Origin: Parcubacteria group bacterium M10-OD1-1
Lineage (GTDB): Bacteria; Patescibacteriota; Minisyncoccia; Moranbacterales; UBA2206
DNA length: 64,000 bases
Reading direction: 5' to 3'
NCBI GenBank assembly: GCA_003056145.1
Contig: LSNL01000005.1
Span: forward strand, 20,240-84,239
The position numbers were made by a program, and so were the translations under genes. This document shows positions 59,226 through 64,000 of the stretch, in pieces. How positions within the stretch are numbered: the stretch's first letter is position 1; every line of letters begins with the position of its first letter. The notes under the pieces were generated by a model. That model saw nothing but the letters and a program-made list of their open reading frames with translations, did no database searches and was not told the DNA's origin.

Positions 59226-60439
59226 ATTACTTTATTATTCAATGCATAAATTAGCTGAGCAGTTTTCTTCAGAAAATTATTCCAAGAAAAATATTTTGCT
59301 CTTATTTTTCCACGACGAGAAAGAGTTAATCGCAATTTTGGATTAGTTAAAACATTTTTGATAACCATTGCAATATCATCAGTGCTATCTGGCTCACAAT
59401 ATAAAACACTATCCCCACCTACCTCAGGTAAAGAAGATTTTTTTGAAACAATAGTTGGTGTACCAACATTCATAGCTTCTAAAGCTGGCAGACCAAATCC
59501 TTCATAATAAGAAGGATAAACAAAACAACTAGCCTGAGCAAAAAGAGCTGGTAAATCAGTTTGATTAACAACTCCTAAAAGTTTAACAGATTTAGTTAAA
59601 TTAAGTTGGCGGACTAATTTTTCTGCATCAGTTATCAAGGGAAAGAGTTTGGGCATTAATTTTCCATAAATAACTAATTGGGGCAAAGAAGTAAGGAAAA
59701 ATTCTTTTTTATTTCTTTCTTGTAAGAATTTATACGCATAAATTACTTTTTCTACATTTTTTCTAATCTCATATCCCCCTCCAGCAAAGATATAGCCAGA
59801 CTTCAAATTATATTTTTTCAGAACTTTCTCCCTTTCATTTTTACTGATTTCTCTTTTATATGAATCATCTACATCAATATAACTAGTGCTAATCTTTTCT
59901 CCATTAATTTGAAGTTTTTGGATTAAGTCTTTTTCTGTTCTTTTAGAAATGGCAATAATTTTATCAGATTTTTTTATCGATTTCTCTATGAACTTTTGAT
60001 ATATATGTTTTCTAAAATTATCAAGATAGCTAGGAAAAATTTTTGGAATAAGATCGTGAACCAACATCAAGTGTTGAATTTTTTTACTTCTTATGATAGT
60101 CGCCGATTGATAAAGGCTCAAGAAAAAATCACACCGATCTTTTTTAATATATCGAGGAAGTAAAAATTTTTCCCACAAAACTTTCCTTATTAAATCATCT
60201 CTTTTCCAAAAAGGTAAAAATACTTTCTTTTCGACTATATTGATTGGTAATTTATTCTTTTTGGTAAGGTCTTCTTCTAGATAAATAACAAAGGTTACTT
60301 TTTTATGAGTTATCTTGGATAGCTCTCCCTCTAAAATATCCAGCCTCCTCAAAATATTATTAGTTACTTGACCAATTCCAGTTTGTGGTTTTCTCGAAAA
60401 AGAAGCGTTAATTCCAATTTTAATAGTTTTATTTTCCAT
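59219..60439 (-). CDS. GT4 glycosyltransferase (MtfB-like)
   Basis: HDLIP, RKN, PSYYEGFGLPALEAM, SSLPEVGG. Confidence 0.93.
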   Translation of the reverse strand: MENKTIKIGINASFSRKPQTGIGQVTNNILRRLDILEGELSKITHKKVTFVIYLEEDLTKKNKLPINIVEKKVFLPFWKRDDLIRKVLWEKFLLPRYIKKDRCDFFLSLYQSATIIRSKKIQHLMLVHDLIPKIFPSYLDNFRKHIYQKFIEKSIKKSDKIIAISKRTEKDLIQKLQINGEKISTSYIDVDDSYKREISKNEREKVLKKYNLKSGYIFAGGGYEIRKNVEKVIYAYKFLQERNKKEFFLTSLPQLVIYGKLMPKLFPLITDAEKLVRQLNLTKSVKLLGVVNQTDLPALFAQASCFVYPSYYEGFGLPALEAMNVGTPTIVSKKSSLPEVGGDSVLYCEPDSTDDIAMVIKNVLTNPKLRLTLSRRGKIRAKYFSWNNFLKKTAQLIYALNNKVIC

Positions 60440-60566
60440 ATTTATATTCTATCGTATTATTTTATTTGTGTCATCTTTTATTTTTTATATTTGCTATTTA
60501 TTAAATATTCTTTTAAAATTAATCTTGTCCTTATGATTGTACTAATTGTTTTAAAAAATAAAGTTT

Positions 60567-61850
60567 ATGTCTCAAAAAAATACTCAAACTGTTTGTATTG
60601 TCGGATTAGGCTATGTTGGCTTACCTTTAGCTATTAGATGTTCTGAAAAAGGCTATAAAACTTTTGGTTTTGATAATAATCAAAAAAAAATAAAATCTAT
60701 TCAAGCAAATAAAAGCCCCATCAAAGAAGCTTACATTGAAAAAAATTTGTCTCGCTACCCTATCTCTGCCACTACCAATGAAAAAGTTATTGCCACCTCA
60801 AATATTATTATTATTTGTGTTCCTACTCCCGTAGATAAAAACTTTTATCCTGACTTAAGCCCAGTTATTTCAGCAACTAAACTAGTAGCTAAAAATGTTC
60901 AGAAAGGAAGTTTAGTTATCTTGGAATCGACTGTTAATCCTGGCGTGAGTGAAGAAATTATTGCTCCAATTTTTCAAAAAGCTGGATTTGAAATTGGCAA
61001 AGATGTTTTTATTGCTCATTGTCCAGAAAGAATTAATCCAGGCGATTCTAAATGGAATGTAACTAATATTCCCAGAGTAGTAGGAGCCTTTACTGCTGCC
61101 GGGTTAGAAAAAGCTGTCGCTTTTTACAAAAGCATTATTGACGGAAATATTCGTCCAATGAAATCTATTCGGGAAGCCGAAGCAGTGAAAATAGTAGAAA
61201 ATTCTTTTAGAGATATAAATATTGCTTTCGTTAATGAATTAGCTAAATCTTTCGACAAACTAGAAATTGACGTTAAAGATGTAATCTTAGGAGCAGCAAC
61301 AAAACCGTTTGCCTTTATGCCTCATTTTCCTTCTTGTGGTGTTGGTGGTCATTGTATCCCTGTTGATCCTTACTATCTAATAGAAAAAGCCAAGCGATCT
61401 GGCTTTAATCATAAATTTTTACGCACCGCTAGAGAAATAAACAATTCCATGCCTATTTACACAGTTGAGCTTTTAAAAAATGCCCTTAATAAAATTGGTA
61501 AATCTCTCAAAGGAACTTCAGTTGGAATATTGGGCGTAGCCTATAAAGCTAATGTTGATGATGTTCGTGAATCTCCTGCTGTTTCAATTATAGAAGAAAT
61601 TAAAAAATCTGAAGCCCAACTCAATATTTTTGATCCTTATATTCCTAGTCAATCCACTGTTAAAACATTAGAAGAATTACTAACTAAAAGTGAGGTTTTA
61701 ATTTTAGCTACTGACCACAATGAGTTTAAAAATATAGACCCAAAGGATTTTCAAAAACATGATATTAAAATTATTATTGATGGAAAAAATTGCCTAAATA
61801 AAGAGGTTTTAGAAAAATTAGATATTATCTATAAAGGTATCGGTAGATAA
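60567..61850 (+). CDS. Nucleotide-sugar dehydrogenase (UDP-GlcNAc/ManNAc, WecC/TviB type)
   Basis: GLGYVGLP, CVPTP, ESTVNPG, PERINPG, GVGGHCIPVDP, DVRESP. Confidence 0.95.
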   Translation: MSQKNTQTVCIVGLGYVGLPLAIRCSEKGYKTFGFDNNQKKIKSIQANKSPIKEAYIEKNLSRYPISATTNEKVIATSNIIIICVPTPVDKNFYPDLSPVISATKLVAKNVQKGSLVILESTVNPGVSEEIIAPIFQKAGFEIGKDVFIAHCPERINPGDSKWNVTNIPRVVGAFTAAGLEKAVAFYKSIIDGNIRPMKSIREAEAVKIVENSFRDINIAFVNELAKSFDKLEIDVKDVILGAATKPFAFMPHFPSCGVGGHCIPVDPYYLIEKAKRSGFNHKFLRTAREINNSMPIYTVELLKNALNKIGKSLKGTSVGILGVAYKANVDDVRESPAVSIIEEIKKSEAQLNIFDPYIPSQSTVKTLEELLTKSEVLILATDHNEFKNIDPKDFQKHDIKIIIDGKNCLNKEVLEKLDIIYKGIGR

Positions 61851-61947
61851 AATTAAACTTTACTTTGAGCTATAAATAAGATATAATAACTATAAGAATT
61901 TATATCTTATTTTTTTATTCTTAAAATTATTTTTAACTTTCACTAAA

Positions 61948-62178
61948 ATGATTACTCTTATAAAATCTATTATTTGGATAGTTGGAACTTTAGTAATTGC
62001 TTATTATGCCTTAGGAATTTTTGGCTATCAAGTTAACAAACAATATTTTTCCTATAGCAAACAGCAATGTGAAAAAAAATTCAAAGATTGTGGAACTAAA
62101 ATTATTGCTAGAAATAAAAATCTATCAGATTGTAGTTTTCGATGTCTTGATCCGAAATTAATTATTAAAAAGAAATAA
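61948..62178 (+). CDS. Small membrane-anchored Cys-rich hypothetical protein
   Basis: TM helix then four Cys; TAATG overlap with the next gene. Confidence 0.65.
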   Translation: MITLIKSIIWIVGTLVIAYYALGIFGYQVNKQYFSYSKQQCEKKFKDCGTKIIARNKNLSDCSFRCLDPKLIIKKK

Positions 62179-63164
62179 TGAAATTAATAATCAATATTCC
62201 TGCTTATAACGAAGAGTCTATTATTGGAGAAACTATTGTCAATATTAAAAAAAGTTTTACTGATAATTTTTACCAAAAGGAAGAAGGTATTATTATAACT
62301 GAAAAGATAATCCAAGTTATTGATGATGGCTCTACTGACAAAACAGCTGCAGTATCTAAAGAAAATGGAGCTGACATTATTATCTCTTATTATCCTAATC
62401 GACGACTAGCGTACTCCTTTAAACGAGCAGTAGAAAACTCTCTAGCTTTAGGAGCTGATTTAATGGTTAATATTGATGCCGATGGACAATTTAATCCTCA
62501 AGATATTCCTACTCTTTTAAAACCAATCTTAAATAATCAAGCTGACATGGTAATCGCTAATCGTTTCGGAAAGCATAAAGCCACTAATATTCCTTTACTA
62601 AGAAAAGTTCTTAATCAAACAGCATCTTATTTGATTGGATTTTTTCTAGGCCACAAAACTAATGATTTAACTTGTGGTTTTAGAGCTCATAATCGAGAAA
62701 CACTTTTAAGATTTAATTTAACCAATATTCACTTTACCTATACTCAAGAAACAATTATTGATGCTATTGGGAAAAATCTAAAACTTCAATGGGTTTCCGT
62801 CCCAGTAACCTATTTTGATGATCGTAAAGCGAAGATTACTAAATCTATCTTTAAATTTATTAATAATTCTAGCAAGATAATTATTAAAGCCATTAGAGAT
62901 GTTCGCCCACTTAAGTTTTTTGGTTGGCCAGGTCTTTTCCTTTTCTCTATTGGAATAGTTGGTTTTATTATTTTTGCTTTTAATTATTTTCAAAATTTTA
63001 AAATTTCACCTTTCTTACATTATATAATTTTTTCTTCTATTGCCTTACTTCTAGGCATTCAACTAATTATTTTTGCTTTAATTGCTGATATGATTAAGTC
63101 TAATCGCCAATTAACTGAAGAATTTATGTATCAGTGGAAAAAAGATAAATACAATAAAAAATAA
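62178..63164 (+). CDS. GT2 glycosyltransferase with C-terminal TM helices
   Basis: IPAYNEE, IDDGSTD, IDADGQF, DLTCGFRA. Confidence 0.92.
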   Translation: MKLIINIPAYNEESIIGETIVNIKKSFTDNFYQKEEGIIITEKIIQVIDDGSTDKTAAVSKENGADIIISYYPNRRLAYSFKRAVENSLALGADLMVNIDADGQFNPQDIPTLLKPILNNQADMVIANRFGKHKATNIPLLRKVLNQTASYLIGFFLGHKTNDLTCGFRAHNRETLLRFNLTNIHFTYTQETIIDAIGKNLKLQWVSVPVTYFDDRKAKITKSIFKFINNSSKIIIKAIRDVRPLKFFGWPGLFLFSIGIVGFIIFAFNYFQNFKISPFLHYIIFSSIALLLGIQLIIFALIADMIKSNRQLTEEFMYQWKKDKYNKK

Positions 63165-63169
63165 ATTAA

Positions 63170-64000
63170 ATGAAATTAAAAATTCTTTTTATTTCTCATT
63201 CCTATCCTCCAATCTTAGGCGGAGTAGAAAATCAGAATTATAATTTAGCTAAGGGACTTTCCCAATTTACCCCGATAAAAATTATAGCCAATGGTCGAGG
63301 AAAATGGTGGTTACCTATTTTTATTCCAATAACTTTTTTTAAAGCTCTCTTTTTAATGACTAACTATGATGCTTGTTTAGTGGGTAATGGTGTTTTGGCT
63401 CCTTTAGCAATGATTTTAAAATTTTTTCATCCTAAAAAAAAGTTTTTTTCTATCGTTCATGGATTAGATATTACTTTCGCCTATAAAAAAAATTGGCTAG
63501 CTAAAATCTATAAATTCATCAATATTCCTTCTCTAAAAAAATTAGATAAGCTTTTTATGGTTGGTAATTTTACTATTGAAGAGGCAGTAAAAATTGGTAT
63601 TCCTCGTGATAACTGTCTTTTTATCCCTAATGGAGTGCCATTAAAAGACCTACGAAAGAACTTTCCCCGATCTGAGTTAGCGCACCTTTTTGGTGAAGAT
63701 ATTACGAATAAAAAAGTACTTTTACGAATTGGACGTTTTGTTCCCCACAAAGGAACAGCTTGGTTTATTAAAAATATTATGACTCGGTTAGATGATAATA
63801 TCGTTATGATTGCTACTGGCTATCGAGTAACTAAACACACAGCTGGCGATCCAGATAACTTTAGTGATTGCAAAAAAATTATTCAAGAAAATCATCTAGA
63901 GAAAAGGGTTAAACTCATGCCAACTATTCCTCAAGAAGATTTAGAAATTTTATTGAATACCGTTGATTTAGTTGTCTCTCCTAATATAAACTATCCTGGC
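63170..64000 (+). CDS. GT4 glycosyltransferase, 3'-truncated by the window edge
   Basis: Manual translation MKLKILFISHSYPPILGGVENQN...VHGLDIT...IPNGV...IGRFVPHKG; not in the ORF track because no stop occurs in the window. Confidence 0.88.
   Translation, partial: MKLKILFISHSYPPILGGVENQNYNLAKGLSQFTPIKIIANGRGKWWLPIFIPITFFKALFLMTNYDACLVGNGVLAPLAMILKFFHPKKKFFSIVHGLDITFAYKKNWLAKIYKFINIPSLKKLDKLFMVGNFTIEEAVKIGIPRDNCLFIPNGVPLKDLRKNFPRSELAHLFGEDITNKKVLLRIGRFVPHKGTAWFIKNIMTRLDDNIVMIATGYRVTKHTAGDPDNFSDCKKIIQENHLEKRVKLMPTIPQEDLEILLNTVDLVVSPNINYPG

Overview
AT-rich bacterial chromosome segment using genetic code 11. The 16S signatures, archaeal-type UMP kinase, DUF4012/PEGA/DUF5652 genes and scarcity of Shine-Dalgarno (SD) sites point to Patescibacteria (CPR), Parcubacteria, possibly Moranbacteria-like (inferred, no database search). 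It contains a stand-alone 16S rRNA gene with tandem promoters and its own terminator, an RND efflux operon whose CsoR-family repressor is a pseudogene, a sucrose-type module (GH100-like plus SPP-like HAD), two surface-polysaccharide loci, many housekeeping genes and an iscRSU operon. A palindromic 28-bp dif-like site at 44328-44355 lies in the region where GC skew appears to flip, so the window probably spans the replication terminus. The most unusual signal is two orphan gene islands (4.2-5.3 kb and 15.6-18.6 kb). All five of their genes have strong SD sites while core genes are mostly SD-free or leaderless. Both plus-strand units end in a perfect 14-15 bp fold-back with the stop codon in its loop, followed by a second long hairpin. 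The larger island encodes a lipoprotein, a LysM plus beta-barrel-like protein and a small secreted protein, which is unexpected in a lineage without an outer membrane.
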